The notes under the pieces are model-generated. The model was not told where the DNA came from and did no database searches. It saw nothing but the letters and a program-made list of their open reading frames with translations. Both the position numbers and the translations under genes were made by a program. DNA of 32,000 nt, from assembly GCA_029776205.1 (NCBI GenBank), contig JAKOTQ010000107.1, positions 20,035 through 52,034 on the forward strand, written 5' to 3'. The first letter of the stretch is position 1. Each line of letters starts with the position of its first letter. Shown one piece after another: positions 8,531 to 16,414 of this stretch. This DNA comes from Bacillota bacterium (GTDB lineage Bacteria > Bacillota > UBA4882 > UBA8346).

Positions 8531-8838
8531 GCGATGACAGAGGATAGTAAACCAGATCGCTTTTTGTACAGAGAACCCCGGGCGCTGAGAAGGGGTAAAA
8601 AAGAACTGGTTGAACAGGCTCTTGAGCTTTGCACCGAGACTATTCGGGAGAAATTCTCAATGGTTTAGGCTGTAACGGGTGCGCCCGTTAACGCGCCAGA
8701 GTATACGTATTTCTATGTTTGTTTGTGGAAATACCGTACTTGTTGAGGCTGATACTGTCAAGTGTCGGTAAATTGGGGTGGCACCACGGGATTAAAGCTC
8801 TCGTCCCCAGGATTATATCCTGGAGACGGGAGCTTTTT
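8531..8838 (+). promoter_or_regulatory. T-box riboswitch leader (transcription attenuation); specifier read as CAG (Gln)
   Basis: K-turn GCGATGA/TGAGC, AGTA plus GAA S-turn, distal AGAGA and GCTGAGA. F-box CCGTTA near 8686. T-box sequence AAATTGGGGTGGCACCACGGG at 8770-8790. Antiterminator GGGG[TGGCACC]ACGGGA...TCTCGTCCCC competes with a 16-bp terminator at 8796-8834 followed by T5. Confidence 0.9.
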
Positions 8839-8947
8839 ATATGTTTAAAAATACGGTACCCCTTTGAATGTGGGAAAGATTGGCGTTATAAAGGCGGCGT
8901 TTGAAATCAACAGAAAAGGATAATGACGAATATGGGAGGATCTATTC

Positions 8948-10966
8948 ATGAATGACTTTGATGGAAAAGAAAACAATGTTTTGCATGTTTATGAAAGCAG
9001 GCCTCAATTTCCCAAGCGGGCAGTGATTACCGGCGGGATGCCCTATGGGATTAAAGACCTTCATCTTGGGCATATTGGCGGTGTGTTTGTTCATGCGGAC
9101 ACGTTTGCCCGTTTTTTAAGAGATCGAATCGGTAAAGAAAATGTGATCTTTATATCGGGGACGGATTGTTATGGCTCGCCAATCGTGGAAAGCCATCGGC
9201 AGTTGGTGGAGAAGGGGGAGTTCGACGGCACTCTCGATGATTTGGTCCGGTATTATCATGAACGCCAAAAAGAAGTATTGGAAGCATATTGCATTAGCCT
9301 CGATTTTTATGGGGCGTCAGCCATTGGACGTGCTGCCGAGATTCACCGGCATGTCTCCGCGGATATTATCCGGAAATTATATCAGAACGGTTTTCTGACG
9401 AAGTTGACCACTTCCCAGTTTTTCGATAGTGAGCACGGAGTATTTTTAAACGGGCGGCAAGTGGTGGGGCGGTGCCCGATAGCTGGTTGCTCGTCGGAAC
9501 GGGGTTATGCGGATGAGTGTTCTCTGGGGCATCAATATATGCCGGCTGATTTGATTAATCCCGTCAGTACCTTGTCGGGAAAGAAACCCGAGATGAGAGA
9601 GGTGACTAACTGGTATTTTAAACTGGATCAATTTCACGATCGTCTGGTGGAGTGGGTTGAATCCCTCAAGCAATCGCCGGATAGCCGGAATTTTGTGATT
9701 CGAAGTATTCAGGAGTTTTTAGAGCCGCCGGTTATTCATGTTAAACGGGAGCAGATGGATATTTTACAAACCTTGCAGACCCAACTTCCCCAATTTACGC
9801 TGTACGATGAAGCCAACAAATCGTCGGTAATTATGATCTTTGATAACGTTGCAGAGCGGGAGAAAGCCTGTGCCATTCTTACTGAACACAAAATCCGTTA
9901 TCGTACCGGGAAAACCTTGGTTCCGTTCAGACTGACCGGAAATATCGAATGGGGCATTCCGGCGCCTGTTATTGAAGGATTGGCGGATTTAACAGTTTGG
10001 GTTTGGCCCGAATCTCTTTGGGCCCCGATCTCATTTACCAAGACTTGTCTTGAACTCCGATACAGGGATCCGGAATCTTGGAAAGATTGGTGGTGCTCAA
10101 AAGAGGCTCAGGTTTATCAATTTATCGGAGAAGATAACGTGTATTTCTACGGGCCTGTTGAGATGTCGTTGTGGATGGCTTTACAATCCGGTTCGCCTTC
10201 GGTCGATCCGCCGGAGGGGGAAATACAGCTGCCCAAGCTCATTGTGAACAATCATATTCTCTTTCTTAATAAGAAGGCAAGTAGCAGCGGAGCTGTAAAA
10301 CCGCCGACTGCAAAAGAGCTGCTTGAATACTATACGCCGGAGCAGCTGAGAGCTCATTTTCTTGGGTTGGGGCTTGGGATTAAAAGTGTAGGATTCCAAC
10401 CTAAACCTTTCAATCCCAGAGCCAAAGAGACAGACAATGACCCTGTACTTAAAGAAGGAAACCTTTTAACCAATGTCTTCAACCGGGCGGTTCGTTCCTG
10501 TTTTTATACTGCTCAGAAATACTATGATGGAATAATTCCGGTGGGAGATATCAGTAAAAACGTTTTGAAGGAGTCGCGGGAGGCCATTCTTGAATACGAA
10601 AAACTGATGGCCCAATTTAACTTTCACTTAGTGATGAATTTGTTGGATACCTATATCCGGAGTATCAACAAAGACTGGGCCAAAAATATGAAAGAAGCGG
10701 AGGAAAGCCAAAACGAAGACCTCCGGCGGCAAGTGCTGATCGATACATTCCACCGGGTTCGGACGGCTCTCGTTCTTATGCATCCCATTGCTCCTTCCGG
10801 GACGGAGATGGTCCGGGAATATTTAAGAGTAGGTGAGGCCATTTGGAGCTGGGAACGAATCTTTGAGCCTATTTATCACTTTATGGAGAACCCGGAAACC
10901 CACAAACTAAAATTCCTTGAACCAAGAGTAGATTTCTTTAAAAAACATCCCAGCCAATTTCTTTAA
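8948..10966 (+). CDS. metG: class I aminoacyl-tRNA synthetase of the methionyl-tRNA synthetase (MetG) family, divergent paralogue-like
   Basis: GGGAGGA lies 7 nt upstream of the ATG. HIGH motif is HLGH (9062-9073). MetRS-like segments: GTDCYGSPI, CP...GYADEC...PADLINPVSTLSGKKPEMREVTNWYFKL, WGIPAP, FIGEDNVYFY, NVFNR and KDWAK. The KMSKS position reads KASSS (10274-10288). Confidence 0.8.
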   Translation: MNDFDGKENNVLHVYESRPQFPKRAVITGGMPYGIKDLHLGHIGGVFVHADTFARFLRDRIGKENVIFISGTDCYGSPIVESHRQLVEKGEFDGTLDDLVRYYHERQKEVLEAYCISLDFYGASAIGRAAEIHRHVSADIIRKLYQNGFLTKLTTSQFFDSEHGVFLNGRQVVGRCPIAGCSSERGYADECSLGHQYMPADLINPVSTLSGKKPEMREVTNWYFKLDQFHDRLVEWVESLKQSPDSRNFVIRSIQEFLEPPVIHVKREQMDILQTLQTQLPQFTLYDEANKSSVIMIFDNVAEREKACAILTEHKIRYRTGKTLVPFRLTGNIEWGIPAPVIEGLADLTVWVWPESLWAPISFTKTCLELRYRDPESWKDWWCSKEAQVYQFIGEDNVYFYGPVEMSLWMALQSGSPSVDPPEGEIQLPKLIVNNHILFLNKKASSSGAVKPPTAKELLEYYTPEQLRAHFLGLGLGIKSVGFQPKPFNPRAKETDNDPVLKEGNLLTNVFNRAVRSCFYTAQKYYDGIIPVGDISKNVLKESREAILEYEKLMAQFNFHLVMNLLDTYIRSINKDWAKNMKEAEESQNEDLRRQVLIDTFHRVRTALVLMHPIAPSGTEMVREYLRVGEAIWSWERIFEPIYHFMENPETHKLKFLEPRVDFFKKHPSQFL

Positions 10967-10969
10967 ATG

Positions 10970-11002
10970 GAAGAAAGGATATCCATAGGATATCCTTTCT
11001 TC
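10970..11002. terminator. bidirectional terminator between convergent genes
   Basis: 15-bp perfect stem GAAGAAAGGATATCC / GGATATCCTTTCTTC with loop ATA. T-rich sequence lies downstream and A-rich sequence upstream. Confidence 0.8.
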
Positions 11003-11005
11003 ATT

Positions 11006-12085
11006 TTAATACAGTATTTCACGGGCATGTTTAAGGATTTGGCGGACCGGAAGTTGATTGGGACAGCGGGATTCGCATAATCCACACGAAGTACAGTTTT
11101 TCAGTTTATAGCGAACATCCCATTGGATTTCATTAAATTGGTTTTTGGCGCTTTCAATGTTTAAGAATTTGTAGAGGTTATAATAGCCCAATATGCCGCC
11201 GACCTCCAGCTTTTGAGGGCAGGGGAGGCAATAGCCGCAACCGGTACAGCGGGGCTCCGAAGATCCGATAATTTGATTGGCCTCTTCCAGGATGGCTTCG
11301 GGGGACATTGGATTTTGGCGGGATGTTTCTTCGATCCATTTGGCATAGTCGACTTCAGCTTCGGAAGTAAACCCGATCAGAAGGTGGACATTATCCAAGG
11401 CCATCAGGTAGCGCAAAGCCAATTCTTTAAGACGTTCATTGCTGGCAAGAAAACCGCCGCCCAGCGGATTCATGGCGATCACTTTGATACCGTGTTCACT
11501 GGCATATTTGACGGCCTCCATCCGGGTTAGATTTGTGATGTTCAAGGGCAATGTGACCGTTTCAAAATGGCCGGATTTGAGATAGTTGATAATGGTATTG
11601 GAATCAGCGTGGGTAGTAATGCCCAGATGCCGGACGCGTCCGGCTGCTTTCTCCTTTAAAAATCCTTCATACCATCCTCCGGGTTTAAACGCTTCCTCGT
11701 ATTGTTCCATGGTATGACAAACCCACAAATGGTAATAGTCAACTTGAGAGAGGCCTAACCGGTCCAGGGATTGTTGAAAGACTTTGGCAAAGTCTTCAGC
11801 AGTCCGCACGCCGAAGCCTTTTTCCTGTTCGAATTTTTCGCCTACTTTCATTCCACCGTTTCCGGTGCCGCATTTGATGGAGACCAAGGCCCGTTCCCGG
11901 TAATCTCCGGCCTTAAGAGCTTCACCCACCCAGGCTTCTGAGTTTTCGGTCGCACTTTGCAGCCGATATAAGGGTGCAGTATCTAAATAATTAAATCCGT
12001 AATCGATGGCTTTCCGAATAAGCTGTACGGCAGTTTCACGGTTGGGAAGCCGCATAGTACCGATGATTATCTTATTTAATTCCAT
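11006..12085 (-). CDS. aldo/keto reductase fused to a C-terminal 4Fe-4S ferredoxin-type domain
   Basis: AKR N-terminus IIGTMRLP...AIDYGFNYLDTAPLY. C-terminal Cys clusters CTGCGYCLPCP and CTSCGLCESRCP. Confidence 0.85.
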   Translation of the reverse strand: MELNKIIIGTMRLPNRETAVQLIRKAIDYGFNYLDTAPLYRLQSATENSEAWVGEALKAGDYRERALVSIKCGTGNGGMKVGEKFEQEKGFGVRTAEDFAKVFQQSLDRLGLSQVDYYHLWVCHTMEQYEEAFKPGGWYEGFLKEKAAGRVRHLGITTHADSNTIINYLKSGHFETVTLPLNITNLTRMEAVKYASEHGIKVIAMNPLGGGFLASNERLKELALRYLMALDNVHLLIGFTSEAEVDYAKWIEETSRQNPMSPEAILEEANQIIGSSEPRCTGCGYCLPCPQKLEVGGILGYYNLYKFLNIESAKNQFNEIQWDVRYKLKNCTSCGLCESRCPNQLPVRQILKHAREILY

Positions 12086-12189
12086 TATGGGTCCTCCTTA
12101 CTTAAAGTTCATTTATTATAGCATTATCTTTTTTTGGAAACAAGCGATGATAATTTTGCCGAGAAAATCTTAAAGAACGAGGGGATACT

Positions 12190-12429
12190 ATGAAAAACAA
12201 TAAAAGGGGCAGAACAATGAAGAAGCAACGAATGAATTTTAAGGATGATCTAGAAGAGGTGAAAAACGGGATGGCTCTCGACCTTCTGGCGGATGAGCCG
12301 GGCGAAGCGGAGGCAGCCATGGTTTTAAATGCATTGGTCGATGATCCGGAGGAACTTCAACAGGAGGCTGAGGCATTGACCGATGTTGTGGTGGAGGGAG
12401 AAGGAGCGGATGGTACGGATGAAATGTAG
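12190..12429 (+). CDS. small protein with a basic N-terminus and a highly acidic remainder; hypothetical
   Basis: GAGGGGA lies 4 nt upstream of the ATG. I recognise no family. Confidence 0.4.
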   Translation: MKNNKRGRTMKKQRMNFKDDLEEVKNGMALDLLADEPGEAEAAMVLNALVDDPEELQQEAEALTDVVVEGEGADGTDEM

Positions 12430-12489
12430 AGGATCTGTTGGATAAACCGTCTCCGGAATGGAAACGATGGGTGTAAAAAGAATGGATTG

Positions 12490-12954
12490 ATGGAAATGCT
12501 TCAGGATAAAACAATACGCGGTGCAGTTTGCGGAATATTCGGCAATCTGCTGAAAAATATCGTGGAATTTCTCTTTTGGGACGTTCACTGGCTCAAGCAT
12601 CCCTTGTCCCACTTTGCTGCCAGTATATTTGTCGAACCCAACCACGATATGTTTTTTGGGTCGGGGCTTGGTTTTCTGATGGATTATCTTTATGGAGCCT
12701 TTTTGGGTGTTGTCTTCATTTTTCTGATTTCCAGGGTGGAGGAGCAGTATATCCAGATAAAGGGGTTGTTGTATGGGTCATTTGTTTGGTTCTTTTCCTA
12801 TAGTGGCATACGGGCTTTGCCAGTTGTAAAACTGAGGGGAGCGGGGGAGATTGATGCTTTCCTTGAGTTTTTAGTCCATTTAGTCTTTGGCTTAGGCATA
12901 GGTTTAACTATACAAATATTAAACCGTTATTACCGACGCTCGGCAACATCCTGA
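12490..12954 (+). CDS. hypothetical integral membrane protein (about 4 TM segments)
   Basis: Hydrophobic segments are visible in the translation. The RBS is weak and the start is uncertain (TTG 12487, ATG 12490 or ATG 12496). Confidence 0.5.
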   Translation: MEMLQDKTIRGAVCGIFGNLLKNIVEFLFWDVHWLKHPLSHFAASIFVEPNHDMFFGSGLGFLMDYLYGAFLGVVFIFLISRVEEQYIQIKGLLYGSFVWFFSYSGIRALPVVKLRGAGEIDAFLEFLVHLVFGLGIGLTIQILNRYYRRSATS

Positions 12955-12971
12955 GTTTAGATCGCAGGAGA

Positions 12972-13502
12972 TTAATGTTTGGTATTCAACCAGGAGACTA
13001 ATTTGATCCAGAGAATGCCGAGAATCCATCCGCCGAGGACATCGGTGGTAAAATGGACCCCCAGATAAACACGGCTTATTCCTACTAAAACCGGTAAAAC
13101 GAATAGGCATATTGCTGCCGGATGAAGTTTTCGCCGAGAATCTTTAACAAACAATAAATAGGCGATGATACCGTATGTGATAGTTGACATCAGAGTATGG
13201 CCGCTTGGAAAACTATAGCCGGATGCATCCGTCAGCCAGGGAAGGGGAGGACGTTCCCGATGAAAGGCCCATTTGAGGGTTTCATTCATGATTTCGCCGA
13301 GAGTGACGGTGAAGAAGAAGACTCTGAAATGGGTCCATTTTTTATGATATGCGAAATAACCCAGCATTCCCAGGGACACAAGGATAATCACGAAAACGGA
13401 ACCAAATTGGGTAATCATCTGAAAAAAACGGGTCAGAACCGGATTCCGAATAGCCGTAATTCCGGAAGAGACGAGGTTATCCAGTTGAGTTATCCATTCC
13501 AT
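12972..13502 (-). CDS. PAP2-family phosphatase (undecaprenyl-diphosphatase / lipid phosphate phosphatase type)
   Basis: The three PAP2 motifs are present: KWAFHRERPP, PSGH and SRVYLGVHFTTDVLGG. The protein has multiple TM helices. Confidence 0.85.
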   Translation of the reverse strand: MEWITQLDNLVSSGITAIRNPVLTRFFQMITQFGSVFVIILVSLGMLGYFAYHKKWTHFRVFFFTVTLGEIMNETLKWAFHRERPPLPWLTDASGYSFPSGHTLMSTITYGIIAYLLFVKDSRRKLHPAAICLFVLPVLVGISRVYLGVHFTTDVLGGWILGILWIKLVSWLNTKH

Positions 13503-13545
13503 GGGGGGCTTGGCTCCTTTTCGGATTGGTTCGTATAATTATATC

Positions 13546-13951
13546 AATTTTGAGAGGGTTCTGCCAATAGGGTAACCATGATGTATAGTTTTTAAAGAAT
13601 CGAAGTCATGTTTCCGTCTTTATGTTAAAGTTAAAAATTATGTCGACAGGAGGCTTTTTGCCCTCCTGCACCTCCTAAAGTCAAGTCGTTTCCGTTGCCC
13701 TGAACCCGCCGTAATGGATGCGGCGGCAATAATAGCGATGGCGAAGCCTTATCTATTGATGGTCAGGGATGTAAGCTCCAGGCTGGGGCGAATAAGCGAG
13801 AGGACATGGACGTCGGGAGCGTAAAATCGGGATTGGAGGGGTCTGGGGACATAATTGTCCCCAGCTGTGGGTTCCCAAAGGGGTTGACCGCACCACCCCT
13901 TGGGAAAAATTCGTTCATTGAGCTCACCCATGCGGCCGACAGGCCGTTTTT
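13546..13951 (+). ncRNA. candidate structured non-coding transcript, family unknown
   Basis: Possible promoter TTGGCT-18-TATAAT at 13510-13539. No SD-preceded ORF. Several GC-rich hairpins (13706-13726, 13843-13864, 13874-13904). Ends at CGGCC-GACA-GGCCG followed by T5. Confidence 0.3.
13933..13951 (+). terminator. short GC hairpin plus U-tract, plus-strand specific
   Basis: CGGCC gaca GGCCG followed by TTTTT. The opposite strand has no T-run after the hairpin. Confidence 0.5.
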
Positions 13952-13975
13952 GGAGATTCTGGGAAGCATACAGAG

Positions 13976-13997
13976 AAAAACCATCCGTTTTGGATGG
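13976..13997 (-). terminator. Rho-independent terminator of the minus-strand CBM-like gene
   Basis: On the minus strand: CCATCC aaaac GGATGG followed by TTTTT. It lies 37 nt after the stop at 14034. Confidence 0.7.
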
Positions 13998-14033
13998 CTT
14001 AGATAAATTAGGTAGATATAGAAATAAAGCTAA

Positions 14034-14390
14034 TTATTCCAAACTGATATGGGCTTTCCAGTTGAGGCCGTTGTTGTTATCCCAGTTATCGGCATTGTCT
14101 TTAAAGCAGAATTCAACTTCCGGTGAATCCGGTTGAATTCTAGCCGTGAAGCTACCATTGTAGTTTCTTTCCATTTTAACTGTTGTGGTATTGGCCCAAT
14201 CATGGGTCCCATAATGGAGATAGACTTCCTTAGCACCGGCGTTTTTAAGTAGCCCTTGATAATACACATGAAGTTGTTGGGTGTCTTGGGTTACAAAGGC
14301 TTCAATGGATACGGGCTGATCGGGATCGCCCCCAAATTCATGACGAGCAGTGAGATTTGAATTGATCGCCCATTTTAATAGATTAATCAT
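14034..14390 (-). CDS. small single-domain carbohydrate-binding-module-like protein (CBM25/CBM53-like)
   Basis: AAGGAGG lies 8 nt upstream of the ATG. The pattern YQGLLKNAGAKEVYLHYGTHDW...FCFKDNADNWDNNNGLNW matches the starch-binding CBM signature (W ... F.F.D ... WDNN.G.N). Confidence 0.6.
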   Translation of the reverse strand: MINLLKWAINSNLTARHEFGGDPDQPVSIEAFVTQDTQQLHVYYQGLLKNAGAKEVYLHYGTHDWANTTTVKMERNYNGSFTARIQPDSPEVEFCFKDNADNWDNNNGLNWKAHISLE

Positions 14391-14520
14391 CGCACTATCC
14401 TCCTTTGCAGTTATTATCCCCGTTCTGTCCCTAATTACCTAAGGAAATCATATCCCCCGCTACTAACCGTTGGTGAGTTGGTAAGGGCTATGAAAATCGT
14501 TTCGAATTAAATTGAAATGT

Positions 14521-14548
14521 TTGCAAAGTCAATGAAATTGTTTATAAT
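14521..14548 (+). promoter_or_regulatory. sigma-A type promoter of glnS
   Basis: TTGCAA (14521-14526), 16 nt spacer, TATAAT (14543-14548). This leaves only about a 35-nt leader. Confidence 0.5.
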
Positions 14549-14587
14549 ATAGGAAATATCTCACTTGTTATGAGGTGGTTTACAACA

Positions 14588-16303
14588 ATGGAGGATAGCG
14601 CTAAGATGGAAGATCTTAAAAATAAAGTTGACGAATGTGAAACGTCGGCGCCAGTTCCTGATTTGCCGTCTAATTTTATACAAGATATAATCAACGAAGA
14701 CCTTAAAAATGGCAAAAATGACGGAAGGGTCCATACCCGGTTCCCTCCCGAACCTAACGGATATTTACATATCGGACATGCGAAATCCATTTGCTTGAAT
14801 TTTGGCATCGCCGCTAAATACGGCGGATTATGCAATCTCCGGTTTGATGACACCAATCCTTCCAAAGAAGATACGGAATATGTAGAATCCATTATGGAAG
14901 ATGTCCGTTGGCTGGGTTTTGATTGGGACGACCGTCTTTTTTATGCTTCCAGTTACTATGAACAGCTATATCAATATGCTGTCGATCTGATCAAAGCGGG
15001 TAAAGCCTATGTATGTGAGTTGACTCCCCAGCAAATCAAGGAATATCGGGGGACCCTGACAGAACCTGGAAAAGAAAGCCCCTATCGGAACCGGTCGGTT
15101 GAAGAAAACTTGGACTTATTTGCACGGATGCGGGCCGGTGAGTTTCCGGACGGCTCCATGACTCTGCGGGCGAAGATCGATATGAGCTCTCCCAATATCA
15201 ATATGCGAGATCCGGTGCTCTATCGGATCATGCGAGTTCATCATCACCGTACCGGCGATGAATGGTGTATTTATCCGATGTATGATTATGCCCATCCTAT
15301 TTCCGATGCCTTAGAAGGGATTACTCATTCCATTTGTACATTGGAATTTGAAGATCACCGGCCGCTTTACAACTGGGTCATTGAAAACTTGGATTTACCG
15401 AGCAAACCTCGGCAAATTGAGTTTGCTCGTCTGAACATGACCCATACGGTGATGAGCAAACGGAAATTGTTGGACCTGGTGAAACGAAATATCGTCTCCG
15501 GCTGGGATGATCCGCGGATGCCCACCATTTCCGGTTTGCGTCGCCGGGGCTATACTCCTGAGTCCATTCGGGCCTTTTGTGAAAAAATCGGTGTGGCTAA
15601 AGCCAACAGCACAGTAGAGATTGCCCTTTTGGAACATTGTCTCCGGGAAGATCTTAACGCTCGGGCGCCCCGGGTTATGGCGGTGTTAAATCCTTTAAAA
15701 GTGGTTATTGACAACTATCCCGATGATTTGGTGGAAGAGTTTGAAGCTGAAATCAACCCGGAAAAACCGGAAATGGGGACCAGAAAAGTTCCTTTTTCCA
15801 AGGTGATTTATATTGAGCAGGATGATTTCACTGAAAATCCGCCAAAAGGATATTTCCGGTTAGCCCCGGGTCGGGAAATCCGCTTAAAGCATGCTTATTA
15901 TATTACCTGTCAGTCGGTGGTGAAGGACGAAAAGACCGGCGAGATCCTTGAGGTTCATTGCACCTATGATCCGGAAAGCCGCGGGGGATGGACACAAGAC
16001 GGCCGTAAGGTTAAAGGAACCTCCCATTGGGTATCGGCAGCTCATGCCATTCCTGCCGAAGTCCGGCTCTATGATCATCTGTTTTTAGATGAATACCCGG
16101 GCGAAGATGCGACGGTCAATCCTAATTCTGTGGTTTACCTGACCCATTGTATGGTAGAGCCCAGTTTGGCAGCAGCGAAGCCCGGAGACCGCTTCCAGTT
16201 TTTACGGCAAGGATATTTCTGTGTGGACCCGGATTCCACGGATAAGCGCTTAGTGTTCAACCGGACAGTTGGCTTGAAGGATTCCTGGGCTAAAAAATCG
16301 TAA
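14588..16303 (+). CDS. glnS: glutamine--tRNA ligase (GlnRS)
   Basis: [26 protein letters not shown]...[10 protein letters not shown] is near-identical to canonical GlnRS. KMSKS-type loop is VMSKRKL. GAGGTGG lies 8 nt upstream of ATG 14588, so the tracked start 14570 probably overextends. Confidence 0.95.
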   Translation: MEDSAKMEDLKNKVDECETSAPVPDLPSNFIQDIINEDLKNGKNDGRVHTRFPPEPNGYLHIGHAKSICLNFGIAAKYGGLCNLRFDDTNPSKEDTEYVESIMEDVRWLGFDWDDRLFYASSYYEQLYQYAVDLIKAGKAYVCELTPQQIKEYRGTLTEPGKESPYRNRSVEENLDLFARMRAGEFPDGSMTLRAKIDMSSPNINMRDPVLYRIMRVHHHRTGDEWCIYPMYDYAHPISDALEGITHSICTLEFEDHRPLYNWVIENLDLPSKPRQIEFARLNMTHTVMSKRKLLDLVKRNIVSGWDDPRMPTISGLRRRGYTPESIRAFCEKIGVAKANSTVEIALLEHCLREDLNARAPRVMAVLNPLKVVIDNYPDDLVEEFEAEINPEKPEMGTRKVPFSKVIYIEQDDFTENPPKGYFRLAPGREIRLKHAYYITCQSVVKDEKTGEILEVHCTYDPESRGGWTQDGRKVKGTSHWVSAAHAIPAEVRLYDHLFLDEYPGEDATVNPNSVVYLTHCMVEPSLAAAKPGDRFQFLRQGYFCVDPDSTDKRLVFNRTVGLKDSWAKKS

Positions 16304-16315
16304 ACTTGCCATGTA

Positions 16316-16343
16316 AAACCCTCCTGTAAAGGAGGGTTTTTTT
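16316..16343 (+). terminator. Rho-independent terminator after glnS
   Basis: ACCCTCC tgtaaa GGAGGGT followed by T7. Confidence 0.85.
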
Positions 16344-16414
16344 AATGGGCTGAAGGGGTAACTTTAGCGACTTTGGATATACTAATTTCAAAAAAGGATG
16401 AGGGAGGAATCTGA

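Noticed and set aside
12102-12645. Minus-strand ORFs of 72, 91 and 106 aa overlapping the small acidic protein gene and the membrane protein gene
   Set aside because: They have Pro/Ser/His-rich shadow-frame composition and no RBS. They overlap plus-strand ORFs that do have translation signals.
13546-13975. Assignment of the structured spacer to a known RNA family
   Set aside because: I checked by eye against RNase P, tmRNA, SRP RNA, 6S, T-box, cobalamin, FMN, ykkC/guanidine and ydaO. The signature sequences are absent: GAGGAAAGTCC and ACAGAA..GGCTTA for RNase P; GTCAGGTCCGGAAGGAAGCAGC for SRP; a tmRNA tag ORF or acceptor end; the B12 box. Isolated similarities (CCGACAG, GGGAA, GGGTGGTGCGG) look coincidental, and 6S-like end-to-end pairing is missing. 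The region is left as unknown rather than named.
13806-14006. 66-aa plus-strand ORF, plus overlapping 60-78 aa ORFs on both strands between 13749 and 14136
   Set aside because: The SD-like GAGAGG is only 1-2 nt from the ATG. The ORF reads straight through two terminator hairpins. The overlapping frames on both strands are typical of GC-rich non-coding sequence.
14391-14587. Expected T-box or other leader upstream of glnS
   Set aside because: No T-box sequence, specifier stem or terminator is present. A TTGCAA-16-TATAAT promoter leaves only about a 35-nt leader.
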